In this document: positions 1 through 9,076 of the stretch, one piece after another | Layout of the letters: the number at the start of each line of letters is the position of its first letter | Numbering within the stretch: the stretch's first letter is position 1 | Assembly: GCA_044227505.1 (NCBI GenBank) | Contig: JBGAWP010000011.1 | Location: 424 to 64,423, forward strand | Direction of reading: 5' to 3' | DNA: 64,000 nt | From: Chitinophagales bacterium | Lineage (GTDB): Bacteria; Bacteroidota; Bacteroidia; Chitinophagales; BACL12 | Notes under the pieces: model-generated | The model's database searches: none | What the model was told of the DNA's origin: nothing | Seen by the model: the letters and a program-made list of their open reading frames with translations, nothing else | Position numbers and translations under genes: made by a program

Positions 1-1182
1 CAAAAACAAGATCTGTTGGGTTGCGCCCAAACAGGTACCGGAAAAACTGCAGCCTTTGCTATTCCTATTCTGCAATTATTGCACGAACAAAAAAAAGAGG
101 GCAACACACAAAGAACTATTAAATCGCTTATCCTCACTCCTACCCGCGAATTAGCAATTCAGATAGGAGAAAGTTTTGCGGCTTATGGTAAATATACCGG
201 ATTACATCACACTGTTATTTTTGGTGGTGTATCACAATTTTCTCAAACACAACAATTAAAAAGAGGTGTTGATATATTGATCGCTACACCCGGTAGATTA
301 CTGGATCTGATGAATCAGGGATTTATCAGGTTAAATTCCATACAAATATTTGTATTGGATGAAGCCGACAGAATGTTGGACATGGGATTTATTCACGATG
401 TAAAAAAAGTAGTGGCGAAGTTGCCGGTTAAAAAACAAACATTGTTTTTTTCCGCAACAATGCCTGGCGAAATTGCAGCACTTGCAAATTCGTTATTGGT
501 TAATCCTGTTAAAGTTGCAGTAACTCCTGTTTCTTCTACTGTGGAAATTATTGACCAATCTGTTTATTTTGTGAACAGAACAAATAAGAAGAATTTATTA
601 CTGCATTTATTGAAAGATGATGACATAGTAACTGCACTTGTATTTACCCGCACCAAACACGGAGCTGATAAGGTTTGTAAAGACTTAATTAAAGCAGGTA
701 TAAAAGCCGAAGCCATTCACGGAAATAAATCGCAGAATGCCAGACAAAATGCATTGTCTAATTTTAAATCAAAACGCACCAGAGTATTGGTTGCAACAGA
801 TATTGCCGCAAGAGGTATTGATGTGGATGAATTAACACACGTGATCAATTTCGAAATATCGAATATTGCAGAAACGTATGTTCACCGTATCGGCCGAACA
901 GGCAGAGCCGGTGCAAGCGGAATAGCAATTTCTTTTTGCGATATGGAAGAAAAAGAATACTTACGCGATATTCAGAAATTAACAGGAAAAATTATTCCTA
1001 TCGTTGAAAAACATCCTTTCGTAATGAATATAAACGATCCTGTAACGTTTGAAGGAGAAAAGAAACCATTTGCGCGCAATTTTAATCGCAATGCAAATGC
1101 GGCGGGAAGAAGAACTTCCAGCCCAACCAGAAACGGAAATCGCAGTGCAAATAATTCAGGAGCCCGCAGGTTCGCGAATTAA
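1..1182 (+). CDS. rhlE: DEAD-box ATP-dependent RNA helicase (RhlE-like), 5' end truncated by the window edge
   Basis: The frame is open from nt 1. Motif [25 protein letters not shown] and [10 protein letters not shown] are present, with a basic Arg/Asn-rich C-terminal tail. Confidence 0.9.
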   Translation, partial: QKQDLLGCAQTGTGKTAAFAIPILQLLHEQKKEGNTQRTIKSLILTPTRELAIQIGESFAAYGKYTGLHHTVIFGGVSQFSQTQQLKRGVDILIATPGRLLDLMNQGFIRLNSIQIFVLDEADRMLDMGFIHDVKKVVAKLPVKKQTLFFSATMPGEIAALANSLLVNPVKVAVTPVSSTVEIIDQSVYFVNRTNKKNLLLHLLKDDDIVTALVFTRTKHGADKVCKDLIKAGIKAEAIHGNKSQNARQNALSNFKSKRTRVLVATDIAARGIDVDELTHVINFEISNIAETYVHRIGRTGRAGASGIAISFCDMEEKEYLRDIQKLTGKIIPIVEKHPFVMNINDPVTFEGEKKPFARNFNRNANAAGRRTSSPTRNGNRSANNSGARRFAN

Positions 1183-1219
1183 TAATTTATAATAACTGCT
1201 ACGTGCAGCAATAAACTCA

Positions 1220-1257
1220 CAGCCGGAAATGCAAAACATTTTCGGCTGTTTTTTTTT
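1220..1257 (+). terminator. Rho-independent terminator after the helicase
   Basis: Stem cagccggaaa/ttttcggctg is followed by a T9 run. Confidence 0.7.
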
Positions 1258-1258
1258 G

Positions 1259-1611
1259 TTTCCCGCCGGGTGTAAAAAAGGGTTTCCCGCAGAGTTCGCA
1301 GAGTAGCAGAGAGCGCAGAGGGAAATGAAGTGGGAAATATTTTATCCCTGAAGGGATAAAATGATGTGACAGAATTTATTGAATTTAATTTTTTTTCTGA
1401 AAATGTTTTATTGTTTGAAGATAAAAATTCAAGATCCCTAAATTAATTAATGATTATCATTTTTTAATCACCTTTTTTAAAATACGCATCGTATTTTTTT
1501 TTGTGCAACAAAAAAATAACACACCCTACAAACTCTGCTGGCTCTGCTCCTCTGCGAACTCTGCGGGAAACCTTGTAAACTATTTTGCAAAAACCAATCC
1601 CCGGCGGGAAA
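1259..1611. repeat. MITE-like unit: about 65-80 nt imperfect terminal inverted repeats around an about 210-bp AT-rich core
   Basis: Left arm tttcccgccggg...tttcccgcagagttcgcagag (1283-1303) is the exact reverse complement of ctctgcgaactctgcgggaaa (1550-1570). The outer cccgccggg/ccggcggga also pair. Both arms consist of (NNNGCAGAG)n words. Confidence 0.6.
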
Positions 1612-1620
1612 TAAAATAAC

Positions 1621-1650
1621 AAAGCCCGCAATAATTGATATTGCAGGCTT
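1621..1650 (-). terminator. Hairpin terminator (possibly bidirectional)
   Basis: Stem aagcccgcaata/tattgcaggctt (one mismatch) has T-rich tracts on both sides. Confidence 0.45.
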
Positions 1651-1667
1651 TCTTTTTCCCTGAAAAA

Positions 1668-1766
1668 CTATTTTGCTTTTTTGGCTATTTTTTCAGCTCT
1701 TTTTTCTTTTTTTGTTTTCTCAGGTTTTTTCTTTGTTTCCTTAACTGTGTTTTTACCTTTTGCCAT
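1668..1766 (-). CDS. Possible 32-aa lysine-rich small protein (MAKGKNTVKETKKKPEKTKKEKRAEKIAKKAK)
   Basis: ATG-to-TAG ORF translated by hand. It is below the ORF-track size cutoff and is followed on the minus strand by hairpin 1621-1650. Confidence 0.3.
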   Translation of the reverse strand: MAKGKNTVKETKKKPEKTKKEKRAEKIAKKAK

Positions 1767-2023
1767 AGTTGTAAATTTTATCCTGCAATTATACGTAAAT
1801 CTTTAAAAATGGTTTTAGGAAATCCACATTTTACACACAGAAAGTATTTCCGGCGTTTTAAAACAATTAGTAAATTCTGGGATTAATTTTTGGGGTCGAA
1901 TTTCATCACTCGATGATTTCCTTAGTCTGTCACAGCAACTCAAATTAAGTAAATAAATATTTCGAAATAAATTTGGCAATTTCAAAAATTCATATTAACA
2001 TTGCTTTGTGTTTTCATGGGGAT

Positions 2024-2065
2024 AGCAGAGGGAGTCTCGTTCTGAGACAAACTCTGCTTTTTTTA
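2024..2065. terminator. Hairpin plus T-run downstream of the CotH gene
   Basis: Outer stem agcagag/ctctgct and inner stem gtctc/gagac are followed by a T7 run on the plus strand, 45 nt beyond the minus-strand stop at 2104. Confidence 0.4.
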
Positions 2066-2103
2066 TGTTTATTATTTTAAGTTGGGAAAGAGGAAAAAGC
2101 CTT

Positions 2104-3741
2104 TTAATTGATCTCAAATGCCCCCGTGGTAAGCGTATCACGGTTATCTATAAGTTTAAACAGATAAACACCGCTCGATAAATTTTCTGCCGTAACTGTT
2201 ATCGATTTAACATTAGCGGGCACAATTATCTCCTTCACCAGATCGCCCATTACTGTATAGATCAATAGTACTCTGTTTTCAGAGGTAAGCGTACTAAATT
2301 CGAAAGTTGCACTGGTATTAAAAGGATTAGGATAAATGTGCAATTTTGCAATGTCGAATTCTTCAATTCCATCCACAGGGTCCTCATGTTCTATTGGTTC
2401 AATGCCACATTCCCCTGCAATTGTTGGCAAGTTTTCGTCGAGCCATTCAGAACGCGCCTTAAACCACCATTTTAAATAATCTATTTCTTCCGCATAGGTG
2501 TCACCCACAAAATAATTCCAGTTAACGTATGTTCCTAAAATGTCCCATTTTTCAAAATTTCTGGACTGAGATTCTTCGAGGTAAGCTGCAACAGAATCAA
2601 TCCAGGCATTTATGGAATCTGTATGCAAAATCGTGCTGCGCAATTCATTCCATCTGCATTTTACCAAACGCCGATAACCCGGATCTTCCAATAAAACCGG
2701 CCACCAATGCGGCGGTTCTGTAGTGAAATCGGGACAAACGGTTGCGAAATTATATTGCCACCCCGTGGTATCGTATGCGTCACAATAATCCGCATTTCCA
2801 TAAGAAAGATTAAAATCCCACATCGGGCCACATTTTAATTTTCCGCCATTGCTGTCTTTATCCTTATACATAAAGCTGCTGGAGCGATAACCGTCAACAG
2901 TTCTCCCTAATTCCTGCATGAGGAAAAAATCGGCAAAGGTTGACATATCTATGTACGCTCTGAAACCAATTTCCGGATCAGAAAAATCGGGACCGTATAC
3001 TGCATTTTCGAATGCAGTTACATAATCTTTAATATATTCTGATTGCTCAATGGTTAATTCAATATCTTCAGGATCGTGATATAAATAAAGTAATTTATCC
3101 TGATAGGGGGAAGTCCATGTAGTTATACTGCTGCCTGTAAGTTTATCAATTTTAAAAATATATCCACCTGTAAGAGAATCACCGGCTGTATCATTAGAAT
3201 CTAAAGTTGCTATTGCAATTCTGTTATCATCGCGTTTAATGCGCTCTATAAAGGTGTATACTCCCCTATAGGCTCCATTTAAAACTAATTCACAATATAC
3301 GTACCTCGGCGACCATGGCTGCATTCTGGAAAAGATACTAAAAGTGATCTCATTGCGCATCAGTGATTTATCGGGGTAGGCGCCATACAATATCCAATCG
3401 TTTTCTGAAGGCATTCCCAATATAGAGGTATTTAATTTAAATCCAAGTGAATCACGTGTTTCCACACCATAGGATTTTTTAGGATATTGCTGAGAGGTTG
3501 AGCCGCGCAATTCAATTCCTATATCTCCGAAATAATCATTGTAGGGGTCTGTAAGATAATTTCGGACGCCGGGTCCATTATTGATAATACCCATCTCACA
3601 AGTGATCTTTTCCTCATCTATAATGTTTTGCCCAAAGGTATTGATAACAACAATTGGCAGATTGGAATCGGTGAAATCCTGGGCATGAAGAATATGCAAT
3701 CCAAGAAAGGAAGAAATGAGGAGTATGTGTTTATACATCAT
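2104..3741 (-). CDS. CotH kinase family protein with signal peptide and T9SS C-terminal sorting domain
   Basis: CotH-like blocks are present (YCELVLNGAYRGVYTFIERIKRD, PMWDFNLSYGNADY). The C-terminal tail is HIYPNPFNTSATFEF...GVYLFKL. Confidence 0.85.
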   Translation of the reverse strand: MMYKHILLISSFLGLHILHAQDFTDSNLPIVVINTFGQNIIDEEKITCEMGIINNGPGVRNYLTDPYNDYFGDIGIELRGSTSQQYPKKSYGVETRDSLGFKLNTSILGMPSENDWILYGAYPDKSLMRNEITFSIFSRMQPWSPRYVYCELVLNGAYRGVYTFIERIKRDDNRIAIATLDSNDTAGDSLTGGYIFKIDKLTGSSITTWTSPYQDKLLYLYHDPEDIELTIEQSEYIKDYVTAFENAVYGPDFSDPEIGFRAYIDMSTFADFFLMQELGRTVDGYRSSSFMYKDKDSNGGKLKCGPMWDFNLSYGNADYCDAYDTTGWQYNFATVCPDFTTEPPHWWPVLLEDPGYRRLVKCRWNELRSTILHTDSINAWIDSVAAYLEESQSRNFEKWDILGTYVNWNYFVGDTYAEEIDYLKWWFKARSEWLDENLPTIAGECGIEPIEHEDPVDGIEEFDIAKLHIYPNPFNTSATFEFSTLTSENRVLLIYTVMGDLVKEIIVPANVKSITVTAENLSSGVYLFKLIDNRDTLTTGAFEIN

Positions 3742-3916
3742 GAATAAGTTATTTACTTAAAATAATTATAAAGGATTAAACATTTCCTTTAATAATTTTT
3801 CAAGTCCGATAACAAATTTACAAAGTACTTAACAAATCTGCTTACACTATTACAAATAGGGTGTCAAACTGTATTATTCAAGCCCTGTAAAGCACAAATT
3901 AGCCATTTTCAGCAAA

Positions 3917-4579
3917 TTAATTGGTCTCTATCACTTTTTTCGGCTCTGACTCTTCCCACACCGTAGTCAGCACTTGTTCAAAAGTAGCAGGATCCTGAGC
4001 GCCGGAAACAGCATATTTTCTGTCAAAAACAAAAAATGGCACTCCGCGTGCGCCTACCATTTGTGCTTCGAGAATATCTTTGTTTACTTCAGGTGAAAAT
4101 TCATTGCTATTAAGCATTGTCTTAATTTCCTGTTCATCTAGCCCTATCCCCACTCCTATCTCCGTTAATATATTATGATCTGCAGTGTTTTTTCCCTCTG
4201 TAAAATAGGCGAGAAATAATTGCTCCTCCAATGCATCCTGCTTATTATATTTTTTTGCCAAATGCGATAAACGATGCGCATCAAAAGAATTTGCAACAAT
4301 AGCCTTATCCATATTATAGGTCAATCCTACATTTTTAGCAATATCAGTCACGTAATTGTTGGCATCTTCCGCTTGTTTCAAACTCCAACCCTTAGCTTCC
4401 GCTAAATACTGATTGATATTTTTATCCGGATCAGTTACCATATCAGGATTTAACTGAAAACTTTTCCAGGTAATTTCTACCTTTTCTCTATGCGGGAAAT
4501 TCTTCAGGGCAAGTTCAAATTTTCGTTTACCTATATAACAGAACGGACACATTACATCACTCCATATCTCTACTTTCAT
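3917..4579 (-). CDS. DsbA/FrnE-family thiol oxidoreductase
   Basis: N-terminal IWSDVMCPFCYIGKRKFE carries the CPFC active site. The size (220 aa) is typical of the family. Confidence 0.85.
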   Translation of the reverse strand: MKVEIWSDVMCPFCYIGKRKFELALKNFPHREKVEITWKSFQLNPDMVTDPDKNINQYLAEAKGWSLKQAEDANNYVTDIAKNVGLTYNMDKAIVANSFDAHRLSHLAKKYNKQDALEEQLFLAYFTEGKNTADHNILTEIGVGIGLDEQEIKTMLNSNEFSPEVNKDILEAQMVGARGVPFFVFDRKYAVSGAQDPATFEQVLTTVWEESEPKKVIETN

Positions 4580-4622
4580 AAGTTAATTTTCACCAATAAC
4601 AATGTGGAAAGAAATAAATTCA

Positions 4623-5138
4623 TTAAAAATTATACTGAATTCTCATACCCTGCAAAAACCGCTCAATTTGCCTTTGATGGCGCATTACATGAACAATAGC
4701 ATGCTCCAGTAACTGCTCAGGATCATATTGTTGTCCCCAGCGGGATAAAATTTTATCTTCATTTCTAAAAACTTCCAACTGCAGATCCGGAAAATCTTTA
4801 AATAAACGATCCGTATATTGTATCAGTGCATCAAATGCAATATCATATTCAGCAATGGAATTCAATATTATCGCATCTTGAAATTCAATATCCTCTCCCA
4901 AATTTTTTCTGATGGCAATCACATAATTATGCCCGGCTTTAATTACATGTGATAGTACCGTTTGAATTGATCTGCAATTTGTATCTTTTGTAAGGGGATC
5001 GGCAATATGTTTCAATTCGTCATTTGTAATATCCGTTATGATATATTGCAACTCCCGAATTGTTTTTTCATAAACATCCATTAAGGCGCCTGCTGCACCA
5101 TTTGTTCTAAATTTTTTTTCCATACCAGGATAAGACAT
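4623..5138 (-). CDS. DinB-family (four-helix bundle) protein
   Basis: 171 aa with a spaced His pattern (LSHVIKAGHNY ... LEHAIVHVMRHQRQIE). Confidence 0.6.
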   Translation of the reverse strand: MSYPGMEKKFRTNGAAGALMDVYEKTIRELQYIITDITNDELKHIADPLTKDTNCRSIQTVLSHVIKAGHNYVIAIRKNLGEDIEFQDAIILNSIAEYDIAFDALIQYTDRLFKDFPDLQLEVFRNEDKILSRWGQQYDPEQLLEHAIVHVMRHQRQIERFLQGMRIQYNF

Positions 5139-5144
5139 TTAATT

Positions 5145-5750
5145 TTATTTCTTTTTATACTGTTTTTCACCTGCTTTAATATAGGTATCCAGTTTGTTTT
5201 CAGCGGGCGGTACAGGACAGGCATAACCACCCGCATAGGCACAATATGGATTATATGCTTTATTAAAATCTACAATAATATTTTCATCAGTAATGTCGCT
5301 CATCCTGAAATCCAGATATCTTCCGCCACCATAAGTTTCTGTATAATTAGTATTATCGTTGAAAGGAACAAATAAATAATCTTTGTATTCTTCCTGCTCA
5401 CGCAATTTCATACTCTGATATATACTGAGGGTAAATGTGGAATCATGTAATTGAAAAGTTATAGTCCCATATTGCACATACCGTTTTACAATTCCCAACG
5501 AAGTTGCCATATCAAATGGGATTGCATCAGGAGTAAGCGTTATTTTTCCTTTAACGGAATAATTTGAGTCAATTGGATAAAAATCAAGATGTTTTATGTC
5601 CTTTTTTGTAAGTGGCGAATGTTCATCCGTTAAAAAATCACTGATATATTTTTGTCTATGTGCCTCCAATTTTTCTACATAGGTTTGGGCGGAAAGCAGG
5701 CCAATAAACAAAGTTAAAACAGTGCTGAAAAGTATTTTCCTGAATTGCAT
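5145..5750 (-). CDS. DUF1684 domain-containing protein with signal peptide
   Basis: C-terminal YNPYCAYAGGYACPVPPAENKLDTYIKAGEK matches the DUF1684 signature. Confidence 0.85.
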   Translation of the reverse strand: MQFRKILFSTVLTLFIGLLSAQTYVEKLEAHRQKYISDFLTDEHSPLTKKDIKHLDFYPIDSNYSVKGKITLTPDAIPFDMATSLGIVKRYVQYGTITFQLHDSTFTLSIYQSMKLREQEEYKDYLFVPFNDNTNYTETYGGGRYLDFRMSDITDENIIVDFNKAYNPYCAYAGGYACPVPPAENKLDTYIKAGEKQYKKK

Positions 5751-5927
5751 TCTATTTTTTTTTCGTAAAGATATTAATTAGTCTTTTGGGGAAACGAAAT
5801 TTATTCAATAAACGGTATTTTTTAATGGCAGATAAAATTTAAATTAAACAAACCTTGCAGATATTACCTTAATTTCCATAGTTATATTAATTTTATTCTT
5901 GTTTCCTTCACCCCAAATCAAACGGAT

Positions 5928-6164
5928 ATGTCAAAAAATATCTACTCCATAATTAGTTTCCCCCGCAAAAACAACTGGGTTATTCTATCAACGGGACTTT
6001 TACTGACCTTGCTTATTTTGATAGGATCCGTATTCAAAACACAGTCAAAATTATCTGATGGTTCAGGTCTTGGAAATATTCAATTCTCTTCACCGCTTAT
6101 GTCTTTTGCACCTTTGGTTCCAAGCCCTGTGCCCTATTCCGTTGTTTTCATGCACCTGAAGTAA
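5928..6164 (+). CDS. N-terminal (signal/TM) fragment of the downstream secreted protein, separated from it by a frameshift
   Basis: Hydrophobic segment WVILSTGLLLTLLILIGSVF. The downstream frame is already open from 6059 and overlaps this ORF. Confidence 0.35.
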   Translation: MSKNIYSIISFPRKNNWVILSTGLLLTLLILIGSVFKTQSKLSDGSGLGNIQFSSPLMSFAPLVPSPVPYSVVFMHLK

Positions 6165-6262
6165 ATTATGCAGGAAATAAGATCGTTTTTGCAGGATTAC
6201 CTGCTCCACCCGTTGGTGAAGAATATGATATAGGGCCAAACACCAATCCTAATGCCTGGAGA

Positions 6263-8416
6263 TTGTACACAATTAACAAAGATGGGAGTGGATTAACACA
6301 ATTGACATTCAGCGATATGAGTCTGGATTATGGGCAATTTGGAGATGCTGCAAGTGGTTTGATGGGATATGATGATACTGATCCTTGTTATTTACCCGAT
6401 GGAAGAATTGTTTTTTCTTCTACACGATATCCATCGTATGCGCAATACAGCGGTGTAAGAACAACCAATTTATTTGTTGTGAATTCAGATGGATCCAATT
6501 TGCACCGCATTACAAGTGAACGCAATGGCGCCGACAGGCCTGTTGTTGATCCGCAAACCGGTCGAATAGTTTATTCACGTTGGTGGAGAAATCATCGTTT
6601 TCCGTATGATGAAATGACAACGGTTGCTGATGGCGACGGATATTTATTTAAATCTGGATTATCGTCTGATAGAAATATCATGGTTGGAGGAGCTGACATG
6701 ATGTGGAGAAATGCCTGGCATGCAGCTTCTATAAATCCTGATGGAACAGATATTAAAATGTTTGCAGGAGGAATTCAAGGTGATGTTGGAAATCATATTT
6801 ATGGATGTGCGTTTACACCTTCCGGTGATTTAATAACCAATTTTTTTCCGATGTTCAACATGACGGAAGCTGCTGGTTTTGGAGGATTAAGAAAATATGA
6901 AAGAGGTCCGGGTGCTTACGAACATTTATTTGGCATAACAGATATATCCATTGATAATTATGCGCATGAAACGGATCCTACCTCTTATGGAATTTATAAT
7001 GGTGAATATGCAGGCGAACCTGATGTATTACCTGATGGAAGAATTATGTTCAGCTGGTGCTCTGATTATTATCAGCAATATGGTCTCTATGTTATGAATG
7101 CAGATGGTACCGGAAAGACATTAATTTATGATAACCCCTTAACCACGGAATTAAGAGTTAAAGCACTTAAAACACGACCACTACCTCCAATTATTGCTGA
7201 TTCCATATTTACCAATCCTTCTTTATTACCACCAACAGAAGCCGGGCCATTTAATGGGGATGGTGTATTTACTTTTGAATGTTTTAATGTATATTACAAT
7301 GATCAGATCGATGTTGACATTGTAAGTGCACCGGCAATTGGTTCTGCAAAAACAATTCGTTTTTTTATTGATCATCAGCGCACAAGTCCCGGATCATTTC
7401 CAACACTTGATTGGCCTATCTTATTAAATGAAAAAACAATAAAACCAGATGGATTTGTTTCAGAACCCAATGCTCCGGCAAATGTTCCGCTATTTGAACA
7501 ATTAAGAAGCAGTAATCCGCTTGGATATAATGTGCCTATGGCGGGAGAACCTTTTGATAATGGTGTTGCACATGTGGCCGGAATGAATTTCAGCAGAGAA
7601 GGAGCAAAAGCAACCTGTGTTGGATGTCATAGTGGACATAGTATGATTCCGGTTCCTGCAACACGTGCCGATGCCGAATTTACAAACCTTTCACCCGGAG
7701 CAACTGTGGAAGTTTCCAGTACAAGAGATGCAGCTTTAAATAAACATGTGATCGACCGAAGAGTACAAAAGGGTGAAGATTGGCAAGTGTGGAATTCTGC
7801 AATTGGCACCAGTGATAATCAATGGGTATTATTAAAATTTCCGGTTCCAATCACTATCCGCACCATAGTTTTATATAATGTTCCTTCGGGTGGAGAAGGA
7901 AATTCCACCATCGCATTAAATAAAACCACTGTTACTTTATATTCTGATGCAAACGGTTTAATTCCGATCATTTCAAAAAATATAAATAATGTTCCCGTTA
8001 ATGGAAAACATGCAACCTTTGCCGATGTTATTGCGCAGAGTGTGCGTGTTAAATTAAAAGATATAAGCGGAACATTTTATGGTTACGAAATTGGTGCAAT
8101 TGCCGAAATAGAAATTATTGCAAGTGGAGATATAAGCGGAGCAAAATTAGAAGCGCCTGCCAATGGATTCTCAGCACAAATATTTCCTAATCCGGTGAAT
8201 GATGTTTTGCATTACACCTTACAATACAAACCGGATGCAAATATTAATGTGCGTATAATTGATATAAATGGCGTAGTGATAAAAAACTTTGAAACCACGA
8301 TGGATGCCGGAATTACAGAAGATGAAATTTCTGTCGCAGACCTTGCTGCGGGGATTTATTTTATCACATTTAATAACGGCAGTAATAAGGAAAGTTTTAA
8401 ATTTGTGAAATTATAA
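6263..8416 (+). CDS. Secreted TolB-like beta-propeller / discoidin (F5/8 type C)-like protein with CxxCH motif and T9SS C-terminal domain. The true N-terminus probably lies upstream in another frame.
   Basis: PD40-like repeats ([42 protein letters not shown]). CVGCH at 7616-7630. Tail [14 protein letters not shown]...GIYFITF. Confidence 0.8.
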   Translation: MYTINKDGSGLTQLTFSDMSLDYGQFGDAASGLMGYDDTDPCYLPDGRIVFSSTRYPSYAQYSGVRTTNLFVVNSDGSNLHRITSERNGADRPVVDPQTGRIVYSRWWRNHRFPYDEMTTVADGDGYLFKSGLSSDRNIMVGGADMMWRNAWHAASINPDGTDIKMFAGGIQGDVGNHIYGCAFTPSGDLITNFFPMFNMTEAAGFGGLRKYERGPGAYEHLFGITDISIDNYAHETDPTSYGIYNGEYAGEPDVLPDGRIMFSWCSDYYQQYGLYVMNADGTGKTLIYDNPLTTELRVKALKTRPLPPIIADSIFTNPSLLPPTEAGPFNGDGVFTFECFNVYYNDQIDVDIVSAPAIGSAKTIRFFIDHQRTSPGSFPTLDWPILLNEKTIKPDGFVSEPNAPANVPLFEQLRSSNPLGYNVPMAGEPFDNGVAHVAGMNFSREGAKATCVGCHSGHSMIPVPATRADAEFTNLSPGATVEVSSTRDAALNKHVIDRRVQKGEDWQVWNSAIGTSDNQWVLLKFPVPITIRTIVLYNVPSGGEGNSTIALNKTTVTLYSDANGLIPIISKNINNVPVNGKHATFADVIAQSVRVKLKDISGTFYGYEIGAIAEIEIIASGDISGAKLEAPANGFSAQIFPNPVNDVLHYTLQYKPDANINVRIIDINGVVIKNFETTMDAGITEDEISVADLAAGIYFITFNNGSNKESFKFVKL

Positions 8417-8424
8417 TCTCTAAA

Positions 8425-8640
8425 ATGACAGAACAAAACAAGGATCCCTTACATGGAAAAACATTGCAATTTATTTTAGAATTTCTTGTGAAAGAATATG
8501 GATGGGAAGATCTGGGGATGATAATTAGAATTAATTGTTTTAACGATAATCCAAGTATAAAATCCAGTTTAACTTTTTTGAGAAAAACGCCGTGGGCGAG
8601 GAAGAAGGTGGAGGAGTTGTATGTTGAGACTTTGCGATAA
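8425..8640 (+). CDS. VF530/DUF2132 family small DNA-binding protein
   Basis: 71 aa. [25 protein letters not shown]...[16 protein letters not shown] is the typical DUF2132 sequence. Confidence 0.85.
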   Translation: MTEQNKDPLHGKTLQFILEFLVKEYGWEDLGMIIRINCFNDNPSIKSSLTFLRKTPWARKKVEELYVETLR

Positions 8641-8658
8641 TTAATGGATGTAATAATT

Positions 8659-8732
8659 AACAGCCGGACCTGCGGTCTAAATGTACCGATGAACAGCCGG
8701 ACCTGCGGTCTATATGTACCAATGTACCGATG
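8659..8732. repeat. Direct duplication of an about 33-nt unit (aacagccggacctgcggtcta[a/t]atgtacc..gatg)
   Basis: Two adjacent copies read directly. The word TGAACAGCCGG recurs at 61616 and, degenerate, at 8842 and 32594. Confidence 0.8.
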
Positions 8733-8932
8733 AACAGTCAAATTAATGTACCAATGCCTGCCCGTGTTGCGAGGGGAACAGATTAAGTATGTTAAATTAG
8801 CAAATTTGGAGGCCTTCGGCCAATTAGCAAATTAGCAAATGGAACAGCCGACGATTACTTTGAATTATACATTTTAGATCTGCAAGATATTTATATTAAG
8901 ACTGAACTTTTTTTAATTTAACTTTTAATAAA

Positions 8933-8962
8933 ACTGCGACTGCGACTGCGACTGCGACGCGC
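8933..8962. repeat. Hexamer microsatellite (CTGCGA)x4
   Basis: actgcgactgcgactgcgactgcgacgc. Confidence 0.85.
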
Positions 8963-9039
8963 CCCCAGCCCCATAGGGGAGTTTACCTTTTCGTAAATTG
9001 AAATATTAATTTCGAAGCAAAAAACTCCAATGTTACAAA

Positions 9040-9075
9040 CTGCCCACTGCCCACTGTTGACTGCCCACTGCCCCC
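9040..9075. repeat. Heptamer array (CTGCCCA)n abutting the stop of the dbpA-like gene
   Basis: ctgcccactgcccactgttgactgcccactgccc. A related copy in reverse orientation lies at about 33567-33589. Confidence 0.8.
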
Positions 9076-9076
9076 C

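Noticed and set aside
1635-1886. 83-aa plus-strand ORF rich in Phe and Cys
   Set aside because: It is a low-complexity translation of a T-rich stretch. The opposite strand holds a more plausible, though still uncertain, 32-codon ORF with a terminator.
5866-5882. 15-mer cttaatttccatagt shared between 5866-5882 and 54376-54392 as a possible regulatory box
   Set aside because: A single shared 15-mer in 64 kb of AT-rich DNA, counting both strands, is within chance expectation. The flanks show no similarity.
8397-8741. Track ORFs lying in repeat DNA: 8397-8741, 15302-15511, 15528-15734, 23524-23742, 27828-28127, 61562-61771, and the N-terminal extensions of 21585-23441 and 61928-62668
   Set aside because: Their 'proteins' are periodic translations of the word arrays (for example MSYVICPMSYVLCHMSYV, SPFESLP repeats) or overlap real genes. 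They lack coding-like composition.
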